Assembly: GCA_039931865.1 (NCBI GenBank)
Contig: JBDTRB010000006.1
Coordinates: forward strand, 881 to 64,880
DNA: 64,000 nt
Direction: 5' to 3'
Source: Acidobacteriota bacterium
Lineage (GTDB): Bacteria > Acidobacteriota > Thermoanaerobaculia > UBA5066 > Gp7-AA6
Position numbers and translations under genes: made by a program. This document shows, piece by piece, positions 44,033 to 53,805 of the stretch (its first letter is position 1; each line of letters starts with the position of its first letter). The notes beneath the pieces were generated by a model, which was given only the letters and a program-made list of their open reading frames with translations, was not told where the DNA came from and ran no database searches.

Positions 44033-45121
44033 TCAGCTCTTCGGGGAGACGACCAGCACGACGGCGGTCCCGGGCAGCATGGGAGGGCGCGGGTTCGGGC
44101 GCTCCGCCGTGGGCGCGGGAGGGGGGCCGAACTGCGCGGTCACCAGATACACCCGGTGACCGGACGGATCGAGCGCCAGGGTGCGCGCACCGCGCTGCGT
44201 GGCCACGTTCTGCACCACGCGAAAGGACTCCGGGGAATCTTCGTGCACCACCGTCAGGGTTCCGTCCCCGTTCGAGGCGTAAGCGAGCCCCGTGGCGGGG
44301 TCGTACGCGGTGCCGTCGACGCCCTCACCGATCGGAAGGGACGCGACGATGCGGCCGCTCGACGAGTCGATGACCATCATCTGTTTGCTGTGGCAGCCGA
44401 CGAAGAGGCGCTTGTGCGCGACGTCGAGTGCGAGCCCCGTCGGCTCGTCGCACGGCGCGAGCGTCCATGTAGCGGTCACGGCGAGAGACCGCGCGTCGAT
44501 GACGGCGATCGTGTTGGTGTCTTCGATGTTCACGAAGATCCGCCCTTCGCCATCGGACGCGGGCCCTTCCGGCTTTCCTCCGAGAGGGACCGTTCCCTCG
44601 ATCGCGAGCGTCTTCGCGTTGATCGCGGTGGCGCTCTTGCCCCGTCCGTTGAACGTGAAGACACGCCCGCTCGCCCGGTCGTAGAGGATCGCGTCCGGGT
44701 TCTCTCCGGTTCCCTTGACCTCGCCGACGATCGCAAGAGTGGAAGGGGAAAACACGGTGACCGACGCCGCGCGCCCGTTGCTCGTAAAGGCCCGGTCGAG
44801 CTCCGGAGCGACGGCGATCCCGTGAACGCCCGGGGTCGGAGCGATCTCGCCCATGATCTTGCGACTCGCCGCGTCGATCACGAGCACCCGGTCGCCGCGG
44901 GAGACGTAGAGGCGGTGCGAGGGAGCGTCGAAGGTCAGATAGTCCCAGCCGGTATCGCCCGGCATGGGGATCCGGCCGTCCAGCGCGTACTCGGAGACGG
45001 TCGCAGCGGCGGAAGCAGAGGCGCGCGCGGCCTCTGTGGCGGGAGGCGCGGGTTGCGAGGCGCACGAAATCGACGCGACGGCCACGACGCAGGCAAAGCC
45101 GAGGCGGATGAGTTGGCGCAT
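44033..45121 (-). CDS. YncE/YVTN-like beta-propeller repeat protein, secreted or lipoprotein
   Basis: MRQLIRLGFACVVAVASISC N-terminus and repeated ...G..P.G.A.D...GR.FV.N... blades (HRLYVS, DRAFTSN, GRVFTFN, GRIFVNI, KRLFVGC, GLAYASN, HRVYLV). Confidence 0.75.
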   Translation of the reverse strand: MRQLIRLGFACVVAVASISCASQPAPPATEAARASASAAATVSEYALDGRIPMPGDTGWDYLTFDAPSHRLYVSRGDRVLVIDAASRKIMGEIAPTPGVHGIAVAPELDRAFTSNGRAASVTVFSPSTLAIVGEVKGTGENPDAILYDRASGRVFTFNGRGKSATAINAKTLAIEGTVPLGGKPEGPASDGEGRIFVNIEDTNTIAVIDARSLAVTATWTLAPCDEPTGLALDVAHKRLFVGCHSKQMMVIDSSSGRIVASLPIGEGVDGTAYDPATGLAYASNGDGTLTVVHEDSPESFRVVQNVATQRGARTLALDPSGHRVYLVTAQFGPPPAPTAERPNPRPPMLPGTAVVLVVSPKS

Positions 45122-45179
45122 CCGCGCATCCTAATGCCAACACCGTTGCGATTTTTGGGAAGGGAATCTCTGGAGACCT

Positions 45180-45216
45180 CCCTCTCCCGCCTCGGGGAGA
45201 GGGCTGGGTGAAGGGG
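45180..45216. repeat. REP-like hairpin with G-rich tail
   Basis: CCCTCTCCC, a 6-nt loop, GGGAGAGGG, then CTGGGTGAAGGGG. Intergenic. Same architecture as the element at 38335..38373. Confidence 0.4.
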
Positions 45217-45468
45217 CCCCACGGATGCCCGGTGGTACCCGGCCAGTCGAGTGACCCGCCGAGTCCGCGACGTGGCTGATCGAAGCGATCTGTCTCTGCC
45301 GCAACCCCGAGGCAGGGCCGGGGAGGTCACTCGCCTCTTCGTCGCCCCCGGCTCCGACCGGCAACGTCGCCGGAATAGTTGCCGCTGAAGAGCCCGCCGG
45401 TCCTAGAATCGCCGAAAAGGAACCCGTCGGATTGTCTGACCGGTTTTGCCCGCCTCGAGGAGGTCGCT

Positions 45469-46974
45469 ATGCCGCACAGAAGAGTTTCGGGGGTCATCCT
45501 CTCTCTCGTCCTCGCCGCGTTCTTGTCGCCTGAGCGATCGTCCGCGCAGAACCTGACGACTCTCGCCGAAGGCCTGCGGGCGCCGATGAAAATCTCGCTG
45601 ACGCCCGCCGGGAGCCTTCTGGTCTGCGAGGCGGGCTCCGGACCCAACACCGGGCGCATCTCTCTCGTCCGCCGCAACGGTACCCGGATCACGATTCTCG
45701 ACGGTCTCCCGTCCGGACTCTCCGCCGTTGGCGACAACGCTCCGTCCGGGCCGTCCGGGATCGAGCAGATCGGCGACGTCTGGTTTCTGACGATCGGCGG
45801 GGGAGACGAAAGCCTGCCGGGCCCCGCGCCCGGTCTGGAAATCCCAAATCCGAATCCTTCCTCGCCAATCCTGAGCTCTGTCCTCAAGCTGCGTTTCACG
45901 GCGGCGATCGACGCGACGATCGGAAACTTCGTCATGACTCCCGCGCAGCACGTTCAGTTGAAAAACGGGACGGAGCTCGCCATCAACAACCCGGCCGGGG
46001 AGACCCTCCGGATTTCGCTGCTCGTGGACTTTCCGGACCTCGTCGGCCCGCGCTCGTCGAACCCCTTCGGGCTCGTGTCACTCGGCAGCCGCATCGCGGT
46101 GACGGACGCGAGCCTGAATTTGATTCACAGCGTCGATATCGCAACCGGCAGCTACGTCACGCTCGCGTCCTTCCCGCCGCTCACGAATCCCGCAGGGCCC
46201 CCTCCGGTCGTGGACCCGGTCCCTGACAGCATCCGGCTCTCGAACGGTCAGCTCCTCGTGTCGTTTCTGACCGGGTTCCCGTTCAATCCCGGTCTCTCGG
46301 AAATCCGCCGGGTCGATGCGACGACGGGAGCGAACACGAGGCTGATCGGCGGTTTGAACTCCGCGATCGACGTCCTTCCGGTCGCTCCGGTGGCAGATCA
46401 GTACCTGATCCTCGAGTTCAGCACAAACATGACGGCGAACGCGCCGGGCCGCCTGCTCTTCTTCAGCACGCCGGCCGGACCTCCCACGGTCCTGGCTAGC
46501 CCGTTGATCACGCCGACGAACATGGCGCTCGATCGCGCGACTCGTGAAGTTTTCATCACGGAGTTTGGCCCCGGACGAATCCGCCGGCTCGACATCGGCG
46601 GCACGGTCCCGCCGCTCCCGTGCGCGCCCGGTTCGACGACCCTGTGTCTCGGCAGCGGCCGCTTCCAGGTCAAAGCCACCTGGCGGAGCGCCACGGCCTC
46701 TGGCGTCGGAACTCCGGTGGGATTAACGGATTCCACCGCGCACTTCTGGTTCTTCAGCCCGGACAACGTCGAGGTCTTCGTGAAGGTGGTCCGGGGTTGC
46801 GGATTCAATTCGCGCTTCTGGGTCTTTGCGGGAGGGCTGACGAACGTGGAGGTCACCCTGACCGTGACCGATTCGCTGACTGGAGACGTCAAGACCTACG
46901 TGAACCCGCTCAACACCCCGTTTACGCCGATCCAGGACACGAACGCGTTTGGAGGGTGCCCGGTGACGTTCTAG
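45469..46974 (+). CDS. secreted beta-propeller-like protein with Cys-framed C-terminal domain (possibly ScyD/ScyE-like)
   Basis: GAGGAGG precedes the ATG. Signal peptide MPHRRVSGVILSLVLAAFLSPERSSA. 501 aa. The family name is only a recollection and has not been verified. Confidence 0.6.
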   Translation: MPHRRVSGVILSLVLAAFLSPERSSAQNLTTLAEGLRAPMKISLTPAGSLLVCEAGSGPNTGRISLVRRNGTRITILDGLPSGLSAVGDNAPSGPSGIEQIGDVWFLTIGGGDESLPGPAPGLEIPNPNPSSPILSSVLKLRFTAAIDATIGNFVMTPAQHVQLKNGTELAINNPAGETLRISLLVDFPDLVGPRSSNPFGLVSLGSRIAVTDASLNLIHSVDIATGSYVTLASFPPLTNPAGPPPVVDPVPDSIRLSNGQLLVSFLTGFPFNPGLSEIRRVDATTGANTRLIGGLNSAIDVLPVAPVADQYLILEFSTNMTANAPGRLLFFSTPAGPPTVLASPLITPTNMALDRATREVFITEFGPGRIRRLDIGGTVPPLPCAPGSTTLCLGSGRFQVKATWRSATASGVGTPVGLTDSTAHFWFFSPDNVEVFVKVVRGCGFNSRFWVFAGGLTNVEVTLTVTDSLTGDVKTYVNPLNTPFTPIQDTNAFGGCPVTF

Positions 46975-47143
46975 GGCGGCGGAATCCTGATCGAAGGTTC
47001 GGCTTAGCTCGATAGAGGATGCCGGCCGCCGGTCCAGTGGGGGAGAGGCACCACGGATCGACGGCCGCGCATCCCGAACGGGCGGGCTCGGCGTGACCGC
47101 ATCCAAAACGCCGGGCGTGCTATGTTTTTTCGCCGCTGACGTC

Positions 47144-47220
47144 GGGCCGTTAGCTCAGTCGGTTAGAGCATCGGCCTTTTAAGCCGGTGGTCCTGGGTTC
47201 GAGTCCCAGACGGCCCACCA
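47144..47220 (+). tRNA. tRNA-Lys (anticodon UUU), CCA encoded
   Basis: Cloverleaf readable by eye. Acceptor GGGCCGT/ACGGCCC, D arm GCTC...GAGC, anticodon loop CTTTTAA, T arm CTGGG-TTCGAGT-CCCAG, then A-CCA. Confidence 0.93.
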
Positions 47221-47523
47221 AATCCGTCCAGCAGCAGATCCCACCGGGGTGCCAGCCGCCCTGAGCAGATCCAACCCCTTTCGAAATTTCGTTTTCCACG
47301 GCCAACTACGGCCCCGTACTGGATCCTCGAGGTTGGCTGCCATTTCACGATCGCTGTACGGAAGCGTGCAGAAGACGGAAGACGCCGGGGTTAGGTTGCC
47401 CAAGATCCGATGGGCACCACGCCAACTATTCCCGGGATTCCCTTCCCTCGTGAAGGGGTTCGGCCCGAAGTTCGTCCGCGAGCGCCGGCCCAACTTCTCA
47501 GCGGCCATCTTCGCGCGATCTTC

Positions 47524-48558
47524 ATGAGCGCGCTGGACGCAATCCTGGTTGCGGATAGCAGCGGACGCTACGTGGCCGTGAACCCGGCGGCGGAAACGCT
47601 CATCGGCCTGTCTGCTCGGCAGATCACCGGCAAGAGCATCGCGGACTTCAGCCTTGTCACCTTCGATTTCAAGTCCGCATGGACGCACTTCCTGGAGGAG
47701 GGGCATGCCAGAGGGGAGTTCCGGCTCCGGCGACCGGACGGGGAAGTCCGCGACGTAGAGTTTTCAGCGGTCGCTCACGTAGGTCCCGATCGCCATGTCT
47801 CGATTCTCAGGGACATATCGGAGGCCAAGCGGAAGGAACGCGCCCTCCGGGAAGCCTCGATCCGGAAGGACCATTTCCTTGCATTGCTCTCCCACGAGAT
47901 TCGCAACCCGCTCGGGGCGGTCACGAACGCCATTCACCTTCTTCAGGTGCTCGGCGCACCGGAACCGAGACAGAGGGAGGCGCGGGACATCGTTCAGCGC
48001 CAGGTGGCCCACCTGACTCGTCTTGCGGATGACCTTCTGGAGGCTTCCCGGGCGTCCCGCGGGAAGATCACTCTCGACAAAATCGATATTGCCCTGGACG
48101 AACCGGTCAGTCTCGGGGTCGAAGCGATCCGAGCCGCAATTGAGAAGCGGAAGCAGAAGGTCATCGTGACGTCTCCTTCGATCCCGATCCGGGTGACTGG
48201 CGATGTGAATCGCCTGGCACAGGTCGTCTCAAATCTCGTTCACAACGCGAGCAAATTCAGTGCTGAGGGCGCTCGGATCTGGGTCACGCTCGATCGGGGA
48301 GCAGAAGCAATCATCCGAGTGCGCGACGAGGGATTCGGAATCGCTCCCGACCACTTGCCCGAGGTATTCGAGTCTTTCTCGCAATTCAACGCGCAACACT
48401 CCGGCGAACAAGGCCTGGGGCTCGGGCTCTCGCTTGTACGAGATCTCGTCGGACTTCACGGGGGGACCGTCGTCGCCTCGAGCGAAGGAATCGGCCATGG
48501 AAGCGAATTCGTCGTGAGTCTGCCGATCGCTCCGCCCGTCTCCGGGGAGCCGGCATAG
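47524..48558 (+). CDS. orphan PAS sensor histidine kinase
   Basis: PAS (ILVADSSGRYVAVNPAAETLIGLSARQITGKSI), H-box FLALLSHEIRNPLGAV, NLVHNASKFS, GFGI, and GLGLGLSLVRDLVGLHGG. An alternative ATG lies at 47410. GC3 is visibly lower than in neighbouring genes. Confidence 0.8.
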   Translation: MSALDAILVADSSGRYVAVNPAAETLIGLSARQITGKSIADFSLVTFDFKSAWTHFLEEGHARGEFRLRRPDGEVRDVEFSAVAHVGPDRHVSILRDISEAKRKERALREASIRKDHFLALLSHEIRNPLGAVTNAIHLLQVLGAPEPRQREARDIVQRQVAHLTRLADDLLEASRASRGKITLDKIDIALDEPVSLGVEAIRAAIEKRKQKVIVTSPSIPIRVTGDVNRLAQVVSNLVHNASKFSAEGARIWVTLDRGAEAIIRVRDEGFGIAPDHLPEVFESFSQFNAQHSGEQGLGLGLSLVRDLVGLHGGTVVASSEGIGHGSEFVVSLPIAPPVSGEPA

Positions 48559-48665
48559 CCGCTGGTCACGGGAGCTGTCGCTCCGCCCGCAACCCATCGG
48601 GGCGAGACCGAAGAGCGGCGGAAGTCCACCGTCAAAACGGAAATCCCGCCGCCAGACGGTCCAAG

Positions 48666-48687
48666 CCAGGCCAGGCCAGGCCAGGCC
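48666..48687. repeat. (CCAGG)x4 pentanucleotide tandem repeat
   Basis: Read directly from the sequence in the convergent intergenic gap: ccagg ccagg ccagg ccagg cc. Confidence 0.7.
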
Positions 48688-48721
48688 AACCAAAGCCGAC
48701 GGCCGGCGCCTCGACGAAGCC

Positions 48722-49075
48722 TTAACGGGCCGAGCGCGAAGCGGGCGGCGTCGTGAGCGGCGTGCGCTCCGGGTCGGGGTTCGAGTTGCCGGGGGTCGAG
48801 CGAAAGCCGGGGCTGCTCGTCCCGCCACCGGGCGTCACCGTATAGCGCCCGCCCGTTCCCGAATCCGTCGATCCACCCGTCCCGGAGGTCCCTGTCGTTC
48901 CGGACGTACCGGTCGTTCCCGCGGGGCCGGTCGTCCCCGTGGTCCCGCCGGTTGGCGATCCTCCCGCCGTTCTCGAAGAGGAGCAGGCGGCCGGGCCGAT
49001 CAGAAGAACCGCGGCGAGAACCGCGACGGCCGAAAGCAGAAGTGTCGAGATTCGGGGATTCGAGCGTGTTTTCAT
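48722..49075 (-). CDS. Gly/Thr-rich small secreted protein, possible lipoprotein
   Basis: MKTRSNPRISTLLLSAVAVLAAVLLIGPAAC, then GGSPTGGTTGTTGPAGTTGTSGTTGTSGTGGSTDSGTGG. GGAGG lies upstream of the ATG at 49075. Sits 40 nt downstream of purA. Confidence 0.5.
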   Translation of the reverse strand: MKTRSNPRISTLLLSAVAVLAAVLLIGPAACSSSRTAGGSPTGGTTGTTGPAGTTGTSGTTGTSGTGGSTDSGTGGRYTVTPGGGTSSPGFRSTPGNSNPDPERTPLTTPPASRSAR

Positions 49076-49115
49076 TTCGAGCCTCCGAGCCGGCGGTTGC
49101 AAGGCGTGTTCCGGG

Positions 49116-50423
49116 TCAGGCTCTCGGAAGCGACTGGACAAAATCGCTGTCCAGCCTCCAGACCGTCTCTTCGCGGCGGGGACCCGTCGAGAGAAACACG
49201 GCCGGCGCGCCGATGCGCTCCTCGAGGTAGCGGACGTATCGGTGCGCGGCGGGCGGAAGGTCCTCGGTGCGCGTCGCGGCCGTCGTCTTCGTCTGCCATC
49301 CCGGGACCGTCTCGTACACGGGCTCGACGCGATCCAGGTCTTCGACCAGCGGAGGCACGTCGCGCAGCTCGCGTCCGTCGAGCCGGTAGCCGACGCACAC
49401 CGGAATCTCGGCGAGATCGTCGAGGACGTCGAGCTTCGTGATGGCGACGGCGGCGGCGCCCGACAGCTCGACCGCGGTCCGCGCCACGACCGCGTCGAAC
49501 CAGCCGGTGCGCCGGGGGCGTCCCGTGGACGTCCCGTACTCGTTACCGCGCGCACGCAGGAATTCGCCGGTCGCGTCGTTCAGCTCCGTCGGAAACGGAC
49601 CGGAACCCACCCGCGTCGTGTACGCCTTCAGCACGACGAGGGATCCGTCGAGAGAACGCGGGGAGATGTGCAGCCCCGCGGCAACGCCCCCGGAGGTGCA
49701 CGTCGACGACGTCACGAAGGGATACGTCCCGGCGGAGAGGTCGAGCATGGCGCCGTGCGCGCCCTCGGCAAGGAGAGTGCCGCCGCGCGCGAGATGGTCG
49801 CGCAGATACCGGCCGGTGTCGCGCACATGGGGCTTCAGGGCTTCGGCCGAACGGGCAAGCGAATCCAGGACGGCGTTCGTTTCGGGGATCTCCGTTGCGC
49901 CGAGTGCACGGAGTAAGGCGCCCGTCTCCGACGCCAGGGCTTCGACGCGCGAGCGCAGGATCTCCGGGCGGTAGAGCTCCGCCACCCGGATGCCCCGGCG
50001 GGCGGCCGCGGATTCGTAGGACGGCCCGATGCCGCGCAGCGTCGTCCCGATCTTCGAGTCTCCCGCCGAGGATTCCCGCGCCGCGTCGAGCAGCCGGTGC
50101 CAGGGGAGGATCACCTGCGCGCGGTCTGACAGGAGAAGGTTTTCGCCGATTTCGATGCCCTGCTCCCGGACGCCGGCGATCTCCGAGAGAAGCGCGTCGG
50201 GATCCACGACGACTCCCGGGCCGATCACGCCGATCCGGCCGCGCACGGCCCCGGCGGGCAGCAGATGGAGCGCGAAGTGTCGGTCTCCGAACTTCACCGT
50301 GTGCCCGGCGTTGTGGCCGCCGTGATACCGGGCGACGACGTCGAAGCGGTCGGAGAGAAGGTCGATGATCTTCCCCTTGCCCTCGTCTCCCCATTGACCC
50401 CCGAGGATCGCGACGACCTTCAC
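49116..50423 (-). CDS. purA: adenylosuccinate synthase
   Basis: VVAILGGQWGDEGKGKIIDLL, YHGGHNAGHTV, GTTLRGIGP, and GNEYGTSTGRPRR. Confidence 0.93.
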   Translation of the reverse strand: MKVVAILGGQWGDEGKGKIIDLLSDRFDVVARYHGGHNAGHTVKFGDRHFALHLLPAGAVRGRIGVIGPGVVVDPDALLSEIAGVREQGIEIGENLLLSDRAQVILPWHRLLDAARESSAGDSKIGTTLRGIGPSYESAAARRGIRVAELYRPEILRSRVEALASETGALLRALGATEIPETNAVLDSLARSAEALKPHVRDTGRYLRDHLARGGTLLAEGAHGAMLDLSAGTYPFVTSSTCTSGGVAAGLHISPRSLDGSLVVLKAYTTRVGSGPFPTELNDATGEFLRARGNEYGTSTGRPRRTGWFDAVVARTAVELSGAAAVAITKLDVLDDLAEIPVCVGYRLDGRELRDVPPLVEDLDRVEPVYETVPGWQTKTTAATRTEDLPPAAHRYVRYLEERIGAPAVFLSTGPRREETVWRLDSDFVQSLPRA

Positions 50424-50587
50424 CGCGGGCTCTCCTTCGCTCCGTTCGAGCGCAACCAGTCGATGTGTGGAAAAACGAGGCAGGGTACCACTCCGGCGCG
50501 CCGCCGCGACGGCTCAGGCGGCGATTTCCCCGCGACGGCCGGCGAGCGACTCCGGGCCGCGTCGGAATGCTCCTACAATCGCGGCGA

Positions 50588-52105
50588 ATGAGAACCCTCT
50601 CCCTGTCCGGCTCGAAACTCCTTCTCGCCGACCTTCCGCAGATTGCCGCGCGGCGGGTTCGCCTCGCACTTGCCCCCACGGCGAAAAAGGCGATCGCCGC
50701 CTCGCGCCGCGTCGTCGAGGGGGCGGTCTCCCGCAACGAGCGCGTGTACGGCCTGACGACCGGATTCGGGAAGTTTGCCGACGTGGCGGTCTCCCGTGAA
50801 GATCTCGAGACGCTCCAGAAGAATCTCGTGCGCAGCCACTGCGCGGGAGTCGGGGAACCGCTGCCTGACGAGGCCGTGCGGGCGATGATCGCCCTCCGCG
50901 TGAACGCGCTGGCGAAGGGATGTTCCGGGATCCGCACGTCCACCGTGGAGGCCCTCCTCGCGATGCTGGCCGCCGACATCCTCCCGATCGTTCCGGCGCG
51001 CGGCTCGGTGGGCGCTTCGGGAGATCTCGCCCCGCTCGCGCATCTTGCGCTCGGGCTGATGGGAGAGGGGCGCGTGCGGGTGCGAGGCCGCGAGACTTCG
51101 GCGCGGCGCGCCCTCGCCGCCGCAGGTCTCGAGCCTGTGACGCTGCGCGCGAAGGAGGGGCTCGCGCTCATCAACGGCGTGCAGATGTCGGTCGCCGTCG
51201 GCGGACTCGCGCTGCAGCGCGCGATCGAGCTGACCCGGATTGCGGACGTCGCTGGCGCGGCCACGCTCGACGCGGCGCGAGGGTCCGACGCCGCCTTCGA
51301 TCCGCGGGTCACCTCGGCGCGCCCACATCCGGGCGCGATCGCCTCCGCGAGGAACCTGAAAGCGCTCCTGGCGGGTAGCGGGATCCGGGAGTCGCACCGC
51401 GGCTGCGGCCGGGTGCAGGACAATTACGCGCTTCGCTGCATGCCCCAGGTGCACGGCGCCGCGCGGGATGCGTTCGCGCACGCACGCGACGTGCTCGAAC
51501 GTGAGATGAACAGCGCGACCGACAATCCGCTCGTCTTTGCCGACGGCAGCGAGATCATCTCGGGGGGGAACTTCCACGGCGCGCCGGTCGGGCTCGTCCT
51601 CGACTACGCGGCGATCGCCGCGACGGACCTCGCGTCGATTTCCGAGCGGCGCATCGAAAAGCTGCTGAACCCCGCGCTCTCCGAGCTCCCCGCGTTCCTC
51701 GTCGCGGAAGGCGGCCTGAACTCGGGCCTGATGATGGCGCAGGTCACCGCGGCGGCGCTCGTCTCCGAGTCGAAGATCCTCTCGCACCCGGCGTCGGTCG
51801 ATTCCATTCCGACCTCCGCGGACAAGGAGGACCACGTCTCGATGTCGCCGATCGCCGCCCGGAAGCTCGCCGCGATCGTCGAGAACCTCGAGCGCGTGCT
51901 GGCCATCGAAGTCCTCGCCGCGTTCCAGGCCATGGAGTTCCTCCGGCCTCTGCGCTCCTCGAAGCCGCTCGAGACCCTGCGGCGTGCGTTTCGCGAGCAG
52001 ATCTCTCCGCGAAACCGGGACCGCGAGCTGGCGCCCGACCTCGAAGCCGCGCGCCTCTTCCTTTCGGGGGCGCCCATGGATCGCCTGGCGGGCGGGCTGG
52101 AGTAG
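50588..52105 (+). CDS. hutH: histidine ammonia-lyase
   Basis: [11 protein letters not shown] and [15 protein letters not shown] (the ASG MIO-forming triad). 505 aa. Confidence 0.92.
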   Translation: MRTLSLSGSKLLLADLPQIAARRVRLALAPTAKKAIAASRRVVEGAVSRNERVYGLTTGFGKFADVAVSREDLETLQKNLVRSHCAGVGEPLPDEAVRAMIALRVNALAKGCSGIRTSTVEALLAMLAADILPIVPARGSVGASGDLAPLAHLALGLMGEGRVRVRGRETSARRALAAAGLEPVTLRAKEGLALINGVQMSVAVGGLALQRAIELTRIADVAGAATLDAARGSDAAFDPRVTSARPHPGAIASARNLKALLAGSGIRESHRGCGRVQDNYALRCMPQVHGAARDAFAHARDVLEREMNSATDNPLVFADGSEIISGGNFHGAPVGLVLDYAAIAATDLASISERRIEKLLNPALSELPAFLVAEGGLNSGLMMAQVTAAALVSESKILSHPASVDSIPTSADKEDHVSMSPIAARKLAAIVENLERVLAIEVLAAFQAMEFLRPLRSSKPLETLRRAFREQISPRNRDRELAPDLEAARLFLSGAPMDRLAGGLE

Positions 52106-52122
52106 TCCGGTACTATTTCGCG

Positions 52123-53805
52123 GTGCCCGTTTCGACTTTTCCTCGTTCGATTCGCGCCGCCCGGGGCACGACGCTGCGGTGCCGGGGCTGGCAGCAGGAA
52201 GCGGCCCTGCGGATGCTCGAGAACAACCTCGACCCCGAGGTCGCCGAAAAGCCGGACGAGCTGATCGTCTACGGCGGCACCGGCAAGGCGGCGCGCAACT
52301 GGGAGGCGTTTGATCGGATCGTCGAGACGCTCGTGCGGCTCCGGGACGACGAGACCCTGCTCGTGCAGTCGGGAAAGCCCGTCGGCGTTTTCGAGACGCA
52401 CCCGGACGCGCCGCGCGTCCTGATCGCCAACTCGCTCCTCGTCCCCGCATGGGCCACCGGGGAGGAGTTCCGCCGGCTCGAAGGGCTCGGACTCACGATG
52501 TACGGCCAGATGACAGCGGGATCCTGGATCTACATCGGCACTCAGGGCATCCTGCAGGGCACGTTCGAGACGTTTGCCGCGGCGGGGGAGCGTGATTTCG
52601 GAGGAGATCTGCGCGGCCGCCTCGTCGTGACCGCGGGGCTGGGGGGTATGGGGGGCGCGCAGCCTCTCGCCGCGACGATGAACGGCGCGGTGGCGCTGGT
52701 GGCGGAGGTCGACCCCGAGAGAATCGAGAGGCGCCTGCGCACCCGATACCTCGACGCGCGGGAAACGACCCTGGACGGCTCGATCGACCGGGCGCTCGCC
52801 GCCTGCGAAAACGGCGAGCCTATCTCGATCGCCGTTCGCGCCAATGCCGTGGAGCTGCTGGAGCGCCTCCTCCAGCGCGGGATCGTGCCGGACCTGGTCA
52901 CCGATCAGACCTCGGCGCACGACGAGCTCGCCGGGTACGTTCCACAAGCGCGGCCGGACGAGGACGTGATCCGGCTGCGTGAGACCGATCCCGACGAGTA
53001 CGTCCGCCGGTCATACGAGACGATGGCTCGCCACGTGCGGGCGCTCCTGGAGCTCCAGCGGCGAGGCTCCGTGGTTTTCGACTACGGGAACAATCTTCGG
53101 GGCCAGGCACTCAAGGGCGGCGTCGCCGACGCTTTCGACATCGTCGGTTTCGTGCCCCGCTACATCCGGCCGCTCTTCTGCGAAGGGAAGGGGCCGTTTC
53201 GGTGGGTCGCGCTTTCCGGCGACCCGGCCGACATCCTGGAGACCGATCGGGCGCTTCTCGAGCTCTTCCCGGAGAACGCCGCGCTCGCGCGGTGGCTGAA
53301 GCTCGCGGAGGAGCGAGTCGCGTTCCAGGGTTTGCCCGCCCGGATTTGCTGGCTTGGCTATGGCGAGCGGGACCGTGCCGGCCTCGCGTTCAACCGGCTG
53401 GTCACCGAGGGGCGCGTGAAGGCGCCGATCGTGATCGGCCGCGACCACCTGGATGCCGGATCCGTCGCGTCGCCGAACCGCGAGACGGAGGGAATGCGCG
53501 ACGGATCGGACGCCATCGCGGACTGGCCGATCTTGAACGCGCTGCTGAACACCGCCTGCGGGGCGAGCTGGGTCTCGGTCCACCACGGAGGGGGCGTCGG
53601 AATCGGCAACTCCATCCACGCCGGGATGGTGGTCGTGGCCGACGGCACTCCGGAAGCCGCCCGGCGCCTCGCTCGCGTCCTGAAGGCCGACCCGGGAACG
53701 GGCGTGATGCGCCACGCCGACGCGGGGTATCCCGCGGCGATCGAAGCCGCCCGCGAGCGCGGGATCGATCTGCCGTCTCTCCCCGGGGCGCTTCCCCTCC
53801 GGTGA
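52123..53805 (+). CDS. hutU: urocanate hydratase
   Basis: [32 protein letters not shown], and [19 protein letters not shown] start. Confidence 0.93.
   Translation: MPVSTFPRSIRAARGTTLRCRGWQQEAALRMLENNLDPEVAEKPDELIVYGGTGKAARNWEAFDRIVETLVRLRDDETLLVQSGKPVGVFETHPDAPRVLIANSLLVPAWATGEEFRRLEGLGLTMYGQMTAGSWIYIGTQGILQGTFETFAAAGERDFGGDLRGRLVVTAGLGGMGGAQPLAATMNGAVALVAEVDPERIERRLRTRYLDARETTLDGSIDRALAACENGEPISIAVRANAVELLERLLQRGIVPDLVTDQTSAHDELAGYVPQARPDEDVIRLRETDPDEYVRRSYETMARHVRALLELQRRGSVVFDYGNNLRGQALKGGVADAFDIVGFVPRYIRPLFCEGKGPFRWVALSGDPADILETDRALLELFPENAALARWLKLAEERVAFQGLPARICWLGYGERDRAGLAFNRLVTEGRVKAPIVIGRDHLDAGSVASPNRETEGMRDGSDAIADWPILNALLNTACGASWVSVHHGGGVGIGNSIHAGMVVVADGTPEAARRLARVLKADPGTGVMRHADAGYPAAIEAARERGIDLPSLPGALPLR

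Noticed and set aside
47221-48720. Genomic island or prophage remnant at tRNA-Lys
   Set aside because: I saw no integrase, transposase, phage gene or obvious direct repeat of the tRNA 3-prime end. Only the compositional oddity of the kinase gene remains, and that is reported as a finding.
53202-53801. Upstream 200 codons of track ORF 53202..57752
   Set aside because: This region overlaps the 3-prime end of hutU in another frame. The GTG at 53802, in a GTGA overlap followed by a hydrophobic N-terminus, is the sensible start of the kinase.
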